In this document: piece after piece, positions 34,668-43,461 of the stretch
Numbering within the stretch: the first letter of the stretch is position 1
Layout: the number at the start of each line of letters is the position of its first letter
Assembly: GCA_964525875.1 (NCBI GenBank)
Contig: CAZGJS010000005.1
Location: 143,184 to 207,183, forward strand
Direction: 5' to 3'
Length of the DNA stretch: 64,000 nt
Source: an uncultured Eubacteriales bacterium
GTDB lineage: Bacteria; Acidobacteriota; Aminicenantia; Aminicenantales; Saccharicenantaceae
Notes under the pieces: generated by a model
Told to the model about the DNA's origin: nothing
What the model saw: the letters and a program-made list of their open reading frames with translations, nothing else
The model's database searches: none
Translations under genes and position numbers: made by a program

Positions 34668-35345
34668 ATGAGACCCAATATTTTTCTGGCTCTCGTTTCT
34701 CTCTCTTTGCCCCTGGCTGCGGCCTGTCGGCCTCCCCTCGCCTCAAAACCCCTTGTGATCGGCGCCCAGGAGGAGAAGCCCGGCGTTCCGGTCTTTCCGC
34801 CCGGCCTCTTCAGCGAGATCATCGTGACGGATTTCCGCGACGACGCCCCGTCCCCGGATTTCGCGCTGGGCCGGGAACTCCAGGGCTATCTCGCGGCGGA
34901 ACTCGGTCGGTCCTTCAGGGGCACGGTCTCCCGCATGGATCTCTCCCGGGACGGCAAGGCCGCCGGGGACGATCCGGCGTTCTGGAAACAGGCGGCCGCC
35001 GGCCGTGAACGGGCGGTCTTCCTCACCGGCTCAGCCCGGCTCGTCGGCCAGACCCGCAAGGCCCTGGAGAAAAAAAACCTTCCCGTGGACGGTCCGTTCA
35101 ACCTCGACCGCCGCGGCCTCATCGAGCGGCGCCGCTGGACCCTCTCGATCGACCTCTCCGTCGTTTCCGCCGCGACCGGGGAAACCCTTTATAAAACAAC
35201 CTTCCGCGAGGAACGGGATTACAGCGACCTCGATAAACCGGCCGAATTCGCTTTTGCCGAGCTCGCCGACCGTATCCGGGCCCGCCTTTTCCAGGTCCTT
35301 TTCGGCGCCCCGACGATCGAGGAAAGGACCCTCCTCCGGCGCTGA
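34668..35345 (+). CDS. Hypothetical lipoprotein
   Basis: 225 aa; signal peptide with lipobox PLAAAC; no family recognised. Confidence 0.6.
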   Translation: MRPNIFLALVSLSLPLAAACRPPLASKPLVIGAQEEKPGVPVFPPGLFSEIIVTDFRDDAPSPDFALGRELQGYLAAELGRSFRGTVSRMDLSRDGKAAGDDPAFWKQAAAGRERAVFLTGSARLVGQTRKALEKKNLPVDGPFNLDRRGLIERRRWTLSIDLSVVSAATGETLYKTTFREERDYSDLDKPAEFAFAELADRIRARLFQVLFGAPTIEERTLLRR

Positions 35346-35526
35346 GCCGGTTCGTCTTCTAAGCGCGTAAAAACGAACGGTTTTCCCTGTCCCGCGAGGC
35401 CTTGCCCAGGCCCTTTTTTCGGCCCCTTTTTTGGCCCGCCGGGGACCTTCGGAAGCGCCTTTTCGGCGCCCCGGATCGGGGCCTTCCACAACGGCCCCCA
35501 AATACCGTTTTCCCCTAAAAAATAGC

Positions 35527-35555
35527 TTGAAATGACCTTCCCGTAGTGCTATGAT
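35527..35555 (+). promoter_or_regulatory. Sigma70-type promoter candidate for dnaA
   Basis: TTGAAA (35527-35532) - 17 nt - TATGAT (35550-35555). Confidence 0.55.
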
Positions 35556-35595
35556 TCGCAGGCCTCCCCCGGTCGGATCTATTGCCCGGAGAGGA

Positions 35596-35627
35596 TTTTC
35601 CACAGATGTGGAAAAATCTGTGGATAA
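35596..35627. promoter_or_regulatory. Cluster of three DnaA boxes in the dnaA leader
   Basis: TTTTCCACA (35596-35604), TGTGGAAAA (35607-35615), TGTGGATAA (35619-35627; rc = perfect TTATCCACA). Confidence 0.65.
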
Positions 35628-35640
35628 ATTAGCTGTACCC

Positions 35641-36972
35641 ATGGAACCTAAAGAAAATCAAAACCTTTGGACACAAATCCTCCGGGCCGTCGAAACCAAG
35701 GTCGACCCCAACTCGTTCGAGACCTGGTTCGATCCGACGAGCTTCATCGGCCAGGAACAGGATTGCTTGTACATCAAGGTCCCGAATTCCTATTTCCGCG
35801 ACTGGCTGTCCTTCCATTATTCGACCATCATCAACGAATGTTCCCAGGACCTCTTCGGTAAAACCTTTGACGTCCGCTACATCCACGACGACACGCCGTC
35901 GTCGTTCATGAGGCGCTCGCCGGACGAGAGGAAGACCAAGCCGGGCCAGACCATCAATCCTAACCTCAATCCCAACTACACCTTCGAGAACTTCGTCGTC
36001 GGCAGCTGCAACCAGTTCGCCCACGCGGCCGCCCTGGCCGTGGCCAAGAACCCGGCCAAGTCGTACAACCCTCTCTACATCTACGGCGGGGCGGGCCTCG
36101 GCAAGACGCATCTCATGAACGCCATCGGCCACTTCAACCTCCAGCAGAACGAGCGGAACAAGATTCTCTACGTCACCACCGAAAAATTCATGAACGACCT
36201 CATCAACCACCTCCAGTACGGCAAGGTCCTCGAGTTCCGCGAGAAATACCGGAGCGTCGACGTTTTGTTGATCGACGACATCCATTACCTCTCCGGCCGG
36301 GAGCGGACGAAAGAAGAATTTTTCCACACCTTCAACCACCTTTATGACAGCCAGAAGCAGATCGTCATTTCGAGCGACTGCCCGCCCAAAGAGATCCCCC
36401 ATCTCGAGGACCGTTTCCGATCCCGGTTTGAATGGGGCCTAATCGCCGACCTCAAGCCGCCGGATATCGAGACGCGCATCGCCATCCTCAAGAAAAAAGC
36501 CGAGGCCGAAGCGGTCTTCCTTCCCGAGAGCGTGGGCCTCTACATCGCCGATAAAGTCCAGTCCAACATCCGGGAGCTCGAGGGCTACTTGAGGCGGGTC
36601 ATCGCGTTCGCCTCGCTCAAGGGCGAGAAGATCGATCTGGACCTGACCAAGGAAGCTCTCAAGGGCCTTCTCGACTCGTCGACGACGATCGTCACTGTGG
36701 AAAAGATCCAGAAACTCGTCTGCCATAAGTTCAAAATCAAGCCTTCCCAGCTCAAGTCAAAAAACAACTCCCCCAAGATAGCCTTCCCCCGGCAGATCGC
36801 CATGTACCTGGCCAAGGAGCTGACCAAGTCATCCCTTCCCGAAATCGGCAAGAAATTCGGTGGAAAACACCACACGACGGTCATATACAGCGTCCGCAAG
36901 ATCGACAAGCTTCGGACCGACGATCCCGAATTCAACAAAGAGATCAACAGCCTCCTGGCCTTCATCCAATGA
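35641..36972 (+). CDS. dnaA: Chromosomal replication initiator protein DnaA
   Basis: 443 aa from ATG 35641; Walker A GGAGLGKTHL, box VII, C-terminal DNA-binding domain (HTTVIYSVRKI). Confidence 0.95.
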   Translation: MEPKENQNLWTQILRAVETKVDPNSFETWFDPTSFIGQEQDCLYIKVPNSYFRDWLSFHYSTIINECSQDLFGKTFDVRYIHDDTPSSFMRRSPDERKTKPGQTINPNLNPNYTFENFVVGSCNQFAHAAALAVAKNPAKSYNPLYIYGGAGLGKTHLMNAIGHFNLQQNERNKILYVTTEKFMNDLINHLQYGKVLEFREKYRSVDVLLIDDIHYLSGRERTKEEFFHTFNHLYDSQKQIVISSDCPPKEIPHLEDRFRSRFEWGLIADLKPPDIETRIAILKKKAEAEAVFLPESVGLYIADKVQSNIRELEGYLRRVIAFASLKGEKIDLDLTKEALKGLLDSSTTIVTVEKIQKLVCHKFKIKPSQLKSKNNSPKIAFPRQIAMYLAKELTKSSLPEIGKKFGGKHHTTVIYSVRKIDKLRTDDPEFNKEINSLLAFIQ

Positions 36973-37106
36973 GGATTAACAGTATGTTCGGCGGGATATG
37001 CACATTTCCAGAGGACTTTATTATTTCTCTTCTTGATTTTAGTTATCTTTATAAATTAAATAATAAGAATTAAGAGTATCGAGAATCCGGTTCAAGAGGT
37101 GGTCAA
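36973..37106. other. AT-rich dnaA-dnaN spacer, candidate DNA-unwinding element of oriC
   Basis: 37021-37080 is 50/60 A/T in a window that is otherwise GC-rich; the dnaA-dnaN position is classical for oriC; no perfect DnaA box seen inside. Confidence 0.45.
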
Positions 37107-38204
37107 ATGAAATTCTCAATCCCGAAGGAAGCTTTCCTGGAAGAACTCCAACTCCTCCAGGGGATCGTCGAAAAACGGAACACCATGCCCATCCTGGCCA
37201 ACATCCTGATGAACGTCTCGCCGTCGGACATCGAACTGACGGGAACGGACCTCGAGGTCGGGATGAGGACGCATCTCGGGGCGGCCATCGATAAAGCCGG
37301 GGCGATCACGGTTAACGGCAAGAAGATATTCGAGATCGTCAAATCCCTGCCGGAAGGGCAGACCGTCCAGGTGGAAAAGGTCGACGACAACATCGAGATC
37401 AAGTCGGGCGATAGCGAGTTCAAGATCATGTGCCTGCCCAAAGAGGATTATCCCCAGGTCCCTGAGCCGAAGTTCGAGAAGGGCATCCAATTGGCGCTAA
37501 AGGACCTCAACGACATGATCGACCGGGTTTACTACGCGATCACCCAGGAGCAGAGGTATTATCTCAACGGGGCCCAACTTACGCTCAAGAACCGGCAGAT
37601 CGAACTCGTCAGCACGGACGGACACCGCCTGTCGTATACGAAAAAGGCCCAGGACGGGCTGAAACTCGAGCAGGAAATCAGCGTCATCGTGGCCAAGAAG
37701 ACGCTCAACGAGATAAGGAAATTCGATGACGAAACGGTCGAGTTCGACCTCGACGAGAACAACCTTTTCTTCAAGGTCGGGCAGCGAACCCTCATATCCC
37801 GGATCATCGACAGCAAATTCCCCAACTATCAGGCGGTCATCCCCAAGGACAACCCCGGCCGGCTGGCCGTTTCGCGCGAAGAGCTGGCCAATGCCATCCG
37901 GCGCGTGTCCCTCCTCTCCGCCGAGCGGTCGAAGGGGATCAAGTTCACCATCGAGAAGAACCGGATGAGGCTGTTCTCCTCCAACCCCGAGATCGGGGAG
38001 GCGCGCGACCGGCTGGCCGTCGAGTACAAGGGCCAGGACCTGGAGATCGGGTTCAACGCCCAGTATCTGCTCGACTTCCTTACGGCGGTCGCGTCCGAAC
38101 GGGTCGTCTTCGAGATCAAGGACGAGAACAGCGCCGTCCTGCTCAAGCCGGAGGCCGAGGAAGGCATCACCAACATCTACGTCCTGATGCCGATGAAGAT
38201 CTGA
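37107..38204 (+). CDS. dnaN: DNA polymerase III beta sliding clamp
   Basis: 365 aa, three-domain clamp, typical N-terminus MKFSIPKEAFLEELQLLQGIVEKRNTMPIL. Confidence 0.95.
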   Translation: MKFSIPKEAFLEELQLLQGIVEKRNTMPILANILMNVSPSDIELTGTDLEVGMRTHLGAAIDKAGAITVNGKKIFEIVKSLPEGQTVQVEKVDDNIEIKSGDSEFKIMCLPKEDYPQVPEPKFEKGIQLALKDLNDMIDRVYYAITQEQRYYLNGAQLTLKNRQIELVSTDGHRLSYTKKAQDGLKLEQEISVIVAKKTLNEIRKFDDETVEFDLDENNLFFKVGQRTLISRIIDSKFPNYQAVIPKDNPGRLAVSREELANAIRRVSLLSAERSKGIKFTIEKNRMRLFSSNPEIGEARDRLAVEYKGQDLEIGFNAQYLLDFLTAVASERVVFEIKDENSAVLLKPEAEEGITNIYVLMPMKI

Positions 38205-38225
38205 CCCGGCCGCGGCGCCGGTTCC

Positions 38226-38720
38226 CTACCCCGCGTCGAGGGCGCTCCGGAGGGCGGAGACGACCCGCCGGACAGCCCGGCCGACGGCCGGCGATACCGG
38301 CGCCCCCTCCTTGAACGATGAGGGCTCTATCCCCAGGATCGAGACCCGGCAGTCCATCGTCTCCCGGATATAGCGGGCGAGGCGCGTCAGGGGTATGCGG
38401 TGGGTGGAAACGTCCTCATCGGCGACCTCGGCGGGGTCCAGGAGAAAGACCGCGCCCGGCGGCCGCCCGGCCGCGGCGGAATCGACGATGACCGCGAGGT
38501 CGGGGGCAAAGGCGCGGACGACACCGGTGAAATTCTCGGGGACTTCTCCGGCGTCGATGACCAGGGCTTTCTCCGGAAGGGGGAGGCGTCCGCCCAGGAG
38601 GTCCCGAGCGGCGAGCGCGCCGGCGGCGTCATCGCCCCGGGCCGCGTTCCCCACGCCGATGACGGCGACCCGGGCGGACCGGCGGATCTCCCGCCGGAGA
38701 ACTTGTTCCCACGATTCCAT
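38226..38720 (-). CDS. Hydrogenase maturation endopeptidase (HycI/HyaD family)
   Basis: 164 aa; GVGNAARGDDAAG motif and conserved H in STHRIPL. Confidence 0.85.
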   Translation of the reverse strand: MESWEQVLRREIRRSARVAVIGVGNAARGDDAAGALAARDLLGGRLPLPEKALVIDAGEVPENFTGVVRAFAPDLAVIVDSAAAGRPPGAVFLLDPAEVADEDVSTHRIPLTRLARYIRETMDCRVSILGIEPSSFKEGAPVSPAVGRAVRRVVSALRSALDAG

Positions 38721-38805
38721 GGCTTGATTCTATGGATTCCCGGGCCCGCCCGCAAGGCCCGGCGGCAACGGGAAGGGGATGTCCGCCGCCGGCGGGTCCG
38801 AGAGC

Positions 38806-39273
38806 TCAGGCTTTCGGTTCGGCGGCCTGGGGCGCCGCGGCCGGGCTTCCCAGTCCCGGTCCTGGCAAGGCCGGGGCCGGCGCCGCCGCCTTGGGCTTGA
38901 GCACGGCCCGGACGTAGACCCAGTCCTTTTTCATCTTGTGACGGTCGTCGTCGGCGATCTCGAACAGACTGTCCATCAGCATGGCCTTGGGGGTCGTCGG
39001 ACAGGAGTCGACACACTGGGCGCAGTGGATGCAGCGGTCGTTGTGGATGATCATCTTGAAACGCTTCTCGGCCTCGTTGACCGACGAGATCTCGATGGCC
39101 TCGGCCGGGCAATCGCGCTCGCAGGCCTTGCAGACGATGCACATCTCGGGATTGAGATAGGGCGTGCCCCGGAAATCCTTCGGGACCTTGAGTTTCTTGA
39201 AGGGATAGTCGACGGTGGCAGGCTTCTTGAAGAGATGGCGGATGAGTTCGGGGAGGAAGACCGCGATTTTCAT
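38806..39273 (-). CDS. Hydrogenase 2x[4Fe-4S] subunit (NuoI/HycF/MbhN-like)
   Basis: 155 aa from ATG 39273; CIVCKACERDCP and CIHCAQCVDSCP motifs; Ala/Pro-rich tail. Confidence 0.85.
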   Translation of the reverse strand: MKIAVFLPELIRHLFKKPATVDYPFKKLKVPKDFRGTPYLNPEMCIVCKACERDCPAEAIEISSVNEAEKRFKMIIHNDRCIHCAQCVDSCPTTPKAMLMDSLFEIADDDRHKMKKDWVYVRAVLKPKAAAPAPALPGPGLGSPAAAPQAAEPKA

Positions 39274-40241
39274 GACAGCAATCCCTTCAGGAGGATGGTG
39301 ACCAGGAGCTGGAGGACGGCCAGCGGGGCCAGGTATTTCCAGGCGAAGGACACGACCTGATCGATGCGTATCCTCGAGGTCAAGGCCCGGAGAAGGGACA
39401 GGAGGAAGATGACGAAGAGCGTCTTGACGACGAAATGGAGGAACCCGATGACGGCCCCGCCGGGGAACCCGCCCAGGAAGACGGCCGCGAGGAGGCCGCT
39501 CGAGACGACCATCTCGATGTCGAAGGTCAGGCGGAAAAGGGCCAGTTTCTTGCCCGAATATTCGGTGAACGTGCCGCCGACGATCTCCGTCTCGGCGTGA
39601 GGGATGTCGAAGGGGGTCCGCTCGAGCTTGGCCTGGACGGAGATGACGGCGACGAGGAAGCCCGGCAGGTTCGTCAGGAGGAGGAGGGGCTTCTGCTGGT
39701 AGAAGGCCGCGATCTCGGCCAGGCGCCAGGAGTCGGCCAGGATGGCCGGGCTGAGGACGGCCAGGAAGAGCGGGACTTCGTAGCCGAAGAGCATGGTCAG
39801 GACGCGGGCGCCGCCGATCGTGGAGAAGATGTTGGTCGAGGACCAGGCAGCCAGGAAGAGGATGAGGGTCGGCAGGCTGAGGAGGTAGAGGACGACGATA
39901 ATATCCCCCGAGAACGATGTAAAGCCCGGCGCGGCCAGGTCGAAGTTCCAGACGGGGAGCAGCAGCCCCGCCGTCGAGACGATGGCCAGGCCGATAATCG
40001 GCAGGACGCTGAAGAGGCGCTTGTCCGCGGCGTCGGGGACGACGTCCTCCTTGGCCAGGAGCTTGACGAAGTCGGCGATGGGCTGGAGGAGCCCGAACCG
40101 GCCCGTGTGGGTCGGGCCCATCCGGTTCTGGAGCCGGGCATAAACCTTGCGGTCGAACCACTCGCAGAAGGTCGAATAGACGAACAGGAAGAGAAGCCCG
40201 GGGTAAACGACGAGATAGAGGAGTGTTCTCAGAGCGGCCAT
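39270..40241 (-). CDS. Hydrogenase membrane subunit (NuoH/HycD/MbhM-like)
   Basis: 323 aa, ~8 TM; RKVYARLQNRMGP and ERTPFDIPHAETEI motifs of the NuoH family. Confidence 0.9.
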   Translation of the reverse strand: MAALRTLLYLVVYPGLLFLFVYSTFCEWFDRKVYARLQNRMGPTHTGRFGLLQPIADFVKLLAKEDVVPDAADKRLFSVLPIIGLAIVSTAGLLLPVWNFDLAAPGFTSFSGDIIVVLYLLSLPTLILFLAAWSSTNIFSTIGGARVLTMLFGYEVPLFLAVLSPAILADSWRLAEIAAFYQQKPLLLLTNLPGFLVAVISVQAKLERTPFDIPHAETEIVGGTFTEYSGKKLALFRLTFDIEMVVSSGLLAAVFLGGFPGGAVIGFLHFVVKTLFVIFLLSLLRALTSRIRIDQVVSFAWKYLAPLAVLQLLVTILLKGLLS

Positions 40242-41431
40242 ACGGCATTCCTTTTCACGGGAGCGTTTTGATGCCGGGCGATCGCCCGCCGGCGCAGATC
40301 GCTCATCCGGACGACCGACTCCTCGCCGCTTCCGGCGTTGATCAGGGTCACGGACCGCTCGGCGCAGCAGATGCAGGGGTCGATGGCGGCGAAGATGAGC
40401 GGGATGTCGGCGATGAAGCCTTTCCGGAGCATTTCCACCGTGGCCGGATAGTTGGCCAGCGTGGGGGCCCGGACCTTCAGCCGCTCGGGCTTGTCCGTCC
40501 CGTTGGACTTGATGTAGTGGATGTTCTCGCCGCGGGGCGCCTCATAGCGGCTGACGACCTCGCCGGGCTTGGCCTTGCGCGGGGCCTTGACGGCGATGTC
40601 CCCGGGCGGCAGTTTATCCAGGATCTGCTCGCAGATCTTGTAGGATTCGAGGAGTTCCTTGACCCGGACGACGACCCGGCCGAGGACGTCGCACGAATCC
40701 GCTGTCGCGACTTCGAAATCGACTTCGTCATAGACGGCGCACGGGTCATCCTTGCGGACGTCCCGGGCGACGCCCGAGGCCCGGGCGACGGGGCCGACGG
40801 CGCAGAGAGCGACCGCGTTTTCTTTGGAGAGATAGCCGACGCCGGCGATCCTGGCGACGAAGCTCGGCTCGTTGGCGCCGATGTAGAAATAATATTCGCT
40901 CCGCTTTCTCAGCGTGACGATGCCTTCCAGGATCTTGGCGATCTGGCCGGCGTCGAGGTCGCGTCGGACGCCGCCGATCGTGTTGATGGCGTAGTGGACG
41001 CGGTTGCCGGAGATCATTTCCAGGAGGTCCATGACGATCTCGCGGTCGCGCCAGGTGTACATGAAGAAGGAGTCGAAACCGGCCTCGTGGCCGGCGACGC
41101 CGAGCCAGAGGAGGTGGCTGTGGATGCGCTCGAGCTCGGAGACGAGGTAGCGGATGTAAAGGCCGCGGCGGGGCGGCGCGAGCTCCATGAGCTTCTCCAC
41201 GCCCTGGACGTAACAGGTGGCGTGGGAATGGGAGCAGATGCCGCAGATGCGTTCGGTAAGGTAGATGTTCTGGATCCAGTTTCTGTCCTCGGCGAGCTTC
41301 TCCAAGCCGCGGTGGTTGTAGCCGAGGCGCATATCGACGTCGGTGATAACCTCCCCTTCGACCGTCATGCGCAGGCTGATCGGCTCCTTCAGGGCCGGGT
41401 GCTGGGGACCGATGGGGATCTGAAAATTCAT
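40229..41431 (-). CDS. Group-4 [NiFe]-hydrogenase large subunit (NuoD/HycE/MbhL-like)
   Basis: 400 aa; N-terminal RICGICSHSH and C-terminal DPCICCAER Ni-Fe ligand motifs, followed by a 41-aa C-terminal extension. Confidence 0.9.
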   Translation of the reverse strand: MNFQIPIGPQHPALKEPISLRMTVEGEVITDVDMRLGYNHRGLEKLAEDRNWIQNIYLTERICGICSHSHATCYVQGVEKLMELAPPRRGLYIRYLVSELERIHSHLLWLGVAGHEAGFDSFFMYTWRDREIVMDLLEMISGNRVHYAINTIGGVRRDLDAGQIAKILEGIVTLRKRSEYYFYIGANEPSFVARIAGVGYLSKENAVALCAVGPVARASGVARDVRKDDPCAVYDEVDFEVATADSCDVLGRVVVRVKELLESYKICEQILDKLPPGDIAVKAPRKAKPGEVVSRYEAPRGENIHYIKSNGTDKPERLKVRAPTLANYPATVEMLRKGFIADIPLIFAAIDPCICCAERSVTLINAGSGEESVVRMSDLRRRAIARHQNAPVKRNAVWPL

Positions 41432-41901
41432 GACTTTCCTCCGGGGATGACTTCCTGGGGCCGCTCGAACTTCCAGTCCTTGCGCAGCGGATAATTGCCG
41501 GCCGGCCAGTCGTCGGGGAGGACCAGGGGCCGGGGGTCCGGGAGGCCCTCAACGAGGACACCGAACATCTCCTGGAGCTCGCGCTCGTACAGGACGGCGC
41601 CCGGGATGACGGCGCAGATGGACGCGATGCGGGGCTCGGATTTCGGGAATTCGGTCCGCAGGTTGATGTTGGCGACGGGTGACGCGAAATGGTAGAGGAA
41701 CTCGAACGCGTCGCCCTTATCGACCCCGCTGATCGTGGCCAGGTAGGCGCAGTCGTACTTGTCGCGGAGGAGCGTCACGGCCGGGAGGAGGTCCCGGGGC
41801 GCGACCCCCAAGAAAATGCGGCGGACGTCGGGGTTCGAGAGCTCGAGGGCCTTCTCCCCCAGGTCCCGCTTCAGATTATCGACGATTTCAATGTCGGACA
41901 T
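41428..41901 (-). CDS. Hydrogenase NuoC/MbhK-like subunit
   Basis: 157 aa from ATG 41901; ERELQEMFG motif of the NuoC family. Confidence 0.85.
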   Translation of the reverse strand: MSDIEIVDNLKRDLGEKALELSNPDVRRIFLGVAPRDLLPAVTLLRDKYDCAYLATISGVDKGDAFEFLYHFASPVANINLRTEFPKSEPRIASICAVIPGAVLYERELQEMFGVLVEGLPDPRPLVLPDDWPAGNYPLRKDWKFERPQEVIPGGKS

Positions 41902-41917
41902 GGCGGTTCCTTGATGC

Positions 41918-42337
41918 CTAGAGTTTACCCAGGAGCTTGACGACGCCGTCGACGATGGCGTCGGGCCGGGCCGGGCAGCCCGGGACGTAGATGTTGACCG
42001 GGATGACCTGGTCGATCCCTCCCAGACTATTATAAGCCCCGCGGTAGACGCAGCCGGACATGGCGCAGGCGCCCACGGCGATGACGAACTTGGGGTCGGG
42101 GACCTGATCGTAGATGCGGATGATCCGGTCCCGCATCTGGCGGGTGACCGGGCCGGTGGCGATGATGACGTCGGCGTGGCGGGGCGTGGCCTTGAGGAGG
42201 ATGCCGAAGCGCTCGACGTCAAACCGCGGCGTCAGCGCGGCGATGATCTCGATGTCGCAGGCGTTGCAGGCGCCGGAGTTGAGGTGGAGGATCCAGGGCG
42301 ACTTGATCCTGGCCCAGCGCGCGAGCTTGTTCAGCAT
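41918..42337 (-). CDS. Group-4 hydrogenase small subunit (NuoB/MbhJ-like)
   Basis: 139 aa; Cys ligands GACNACDIE, GACAMSG, VPGCPARP. Confidence 0.9.
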   Translation of the reverse strand: MLNKLARWARIKSPWILHLNSGACNACDIEIIAALTPRFDVERFGILLKATPRHADVIIATGPVTRQMRDRIIRIYDQVPDPKFVIAVGACAMSGCVYRGAYNSLGGIDQVIPVNIYVPGCPARPDAIVDGVVKLLGKL

Positions 42338-42338
42338 G

Positions 42339-42671
42339 TTAACTCCTTGTGACCAGGGCCATGACGGACAGGAAGATCATGAGAAGGTAGAAGCCGGCGA
42401 AAAAGACGATCTTGCCCGAGGGAACGGTGGCGATGACCAGGGCGGCCACGTGCATGATGGTGAAGAACAGGGCGACGAAAAAGAACAGGCGGTAGCCGAA
42501 CTGGATCTTGACGCCCGGGATGTCCTCGCCGCAGGCGTAGGTCTTGAGCTTGCCGCCGACCTTGGTCAGCTTGGGCCCCATTTTCGATCCCAGGCCGTAG
42601 AGGGCGAAGGCCGTCCCCAGGAAAAAGAGGAAGGCGACGGGCGGGGAGAGGAGGAAACCGATTCCCTTCAT
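42339..42671 (-). CDS. Small 3-TM membrane subunit (NuoA/MbhI-like?)
   Basis: 110 aa, 3 TM; position between the antiporter and NuoB-like genes; the assignment is positional. Confidence 0.5.
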   Translation of the reverse strand: MKGIGFLLSPPVAFLFFLGTAFALYGLGSKMGPKLTKVGGKLKTYACGEDIPGVKIQFGYRLFFFVALFFTIMHVAALVIATVPSGKIVFFAGFYLLMIFLSVMALVTRS

Positions 42672-42674
42672 GGC

Positions 42675-42983
42675 TCAACCTTTCAACCTGGACAGCTGCC
42701 GGATGTCCAGGCTCTTCGTCTGCCGGTAGATGTTGATGATCAGGGCCAGGGCCGTGGCCACAAGGCTGACCTCGACGACGATGAACGTGACGACGAGGGT
42801 CTGGGCGACGAGGATGTTATCCTTGGCGAACCCGGTCCCCAGGAGGAGCAGGCTGATGCCCTTGGCGATGACCTCGATGGCGATGAAGAGCTTGATGAGG
42901 TTCCGCCGGAGAAGGAGGCCGAGGATCCCGGCGAAGATGAGGGCGGCCGCGAAAAACAGGTAGAAGTACCAAATGTTAGTCAT
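42675..42983 (-). CDS. MnhC/MrpC (NuoK-like) membrane subunit
   Basis: 102 aa, 3 TM; NLIKLFIAIEVIAKGISLLL resembles NuoK/MrpC. Confidence 0.8.
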   Translation of the reverse strand: MTNIWYFYLFFAAALIFAGILGLLLRRNLIKLFIAIEVIAKGISLLLLGTGFAKDNILVAQTLVVTFIVVEVSLVATALALIINIYRQTKSLDIRQLSRLKG

Positions 42984-43458
42984 GTTTGTCCCTCTTGCGG
43001 AATAGGGCCAGGACGGCGAACACGCCGGCCAGGATGACGGCGATCTGGCCGACGAGGTCGAACGTCCTCCCTTTCCAGAGGACGTCGCCGAAGGTGCCCG
43101 TCTCCGCTCCCGAGGCGAGGGCCGGGATCTTCTGGAGGAGTCCCTTCATGACCAGGGCGTCGATGATGATGAAGGCGACGAAGAAGAGGGGGAAGACCCA
43201 GTTCACGGCCCGGGCTTCCCGGACCTCGTCGCCGGCCTTGGTCAGGGCGATGGTCAGGATGAAGAGGACCGTGATCAACCCGGCGACGACGGAGATCTCG
43301 AAGACGCCGGCGTACGGGGCGTTCATCCGGAAGAAGATGATCCCCAGGAGCAGGCTGGCGGCTGCGAGCGATATGGCCGACTTGAGCAGGTCGCGGAGCA
43401 GGATGGCCAGGACCGAGAACAGGACCAAACCGATAAGGAGAGCTGTTTGCACGATCAT
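42976..43458 (-). CDS. MnhB/MbhD-E-like membrane subunit
   Basis: 160 aa, 4-5 TM; 8-nt overlap with the next gene. Confidence 0.65.
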   Translation of the reverse strand: MIVQTALLIGLVLFSVLAILLRDLLKSAISLAAASLLLGIIFFRMNAPYAGVFEISVVAGLITVLFILTIALTKAGDEVREARAVNWVFPLFFVAFIIIDALVMKGLLQKIPALASGAETGTFGDVLWKGRTFDLVGQIAVILAGVFAVLALFRKRDKHD

Positions 43459-43461
43459 CGT

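Noticed and set aside
38806-40248. 480-aa ORF spanning the NuoI-like and NuoH-like genes
   Set aside because: The N-terminal two thirds are an out-of-frame shadow of the NuoH-like gene (Arg/Pro-rich). The real product is the 155-aa ferredoxin-like protein that starts at 39273.
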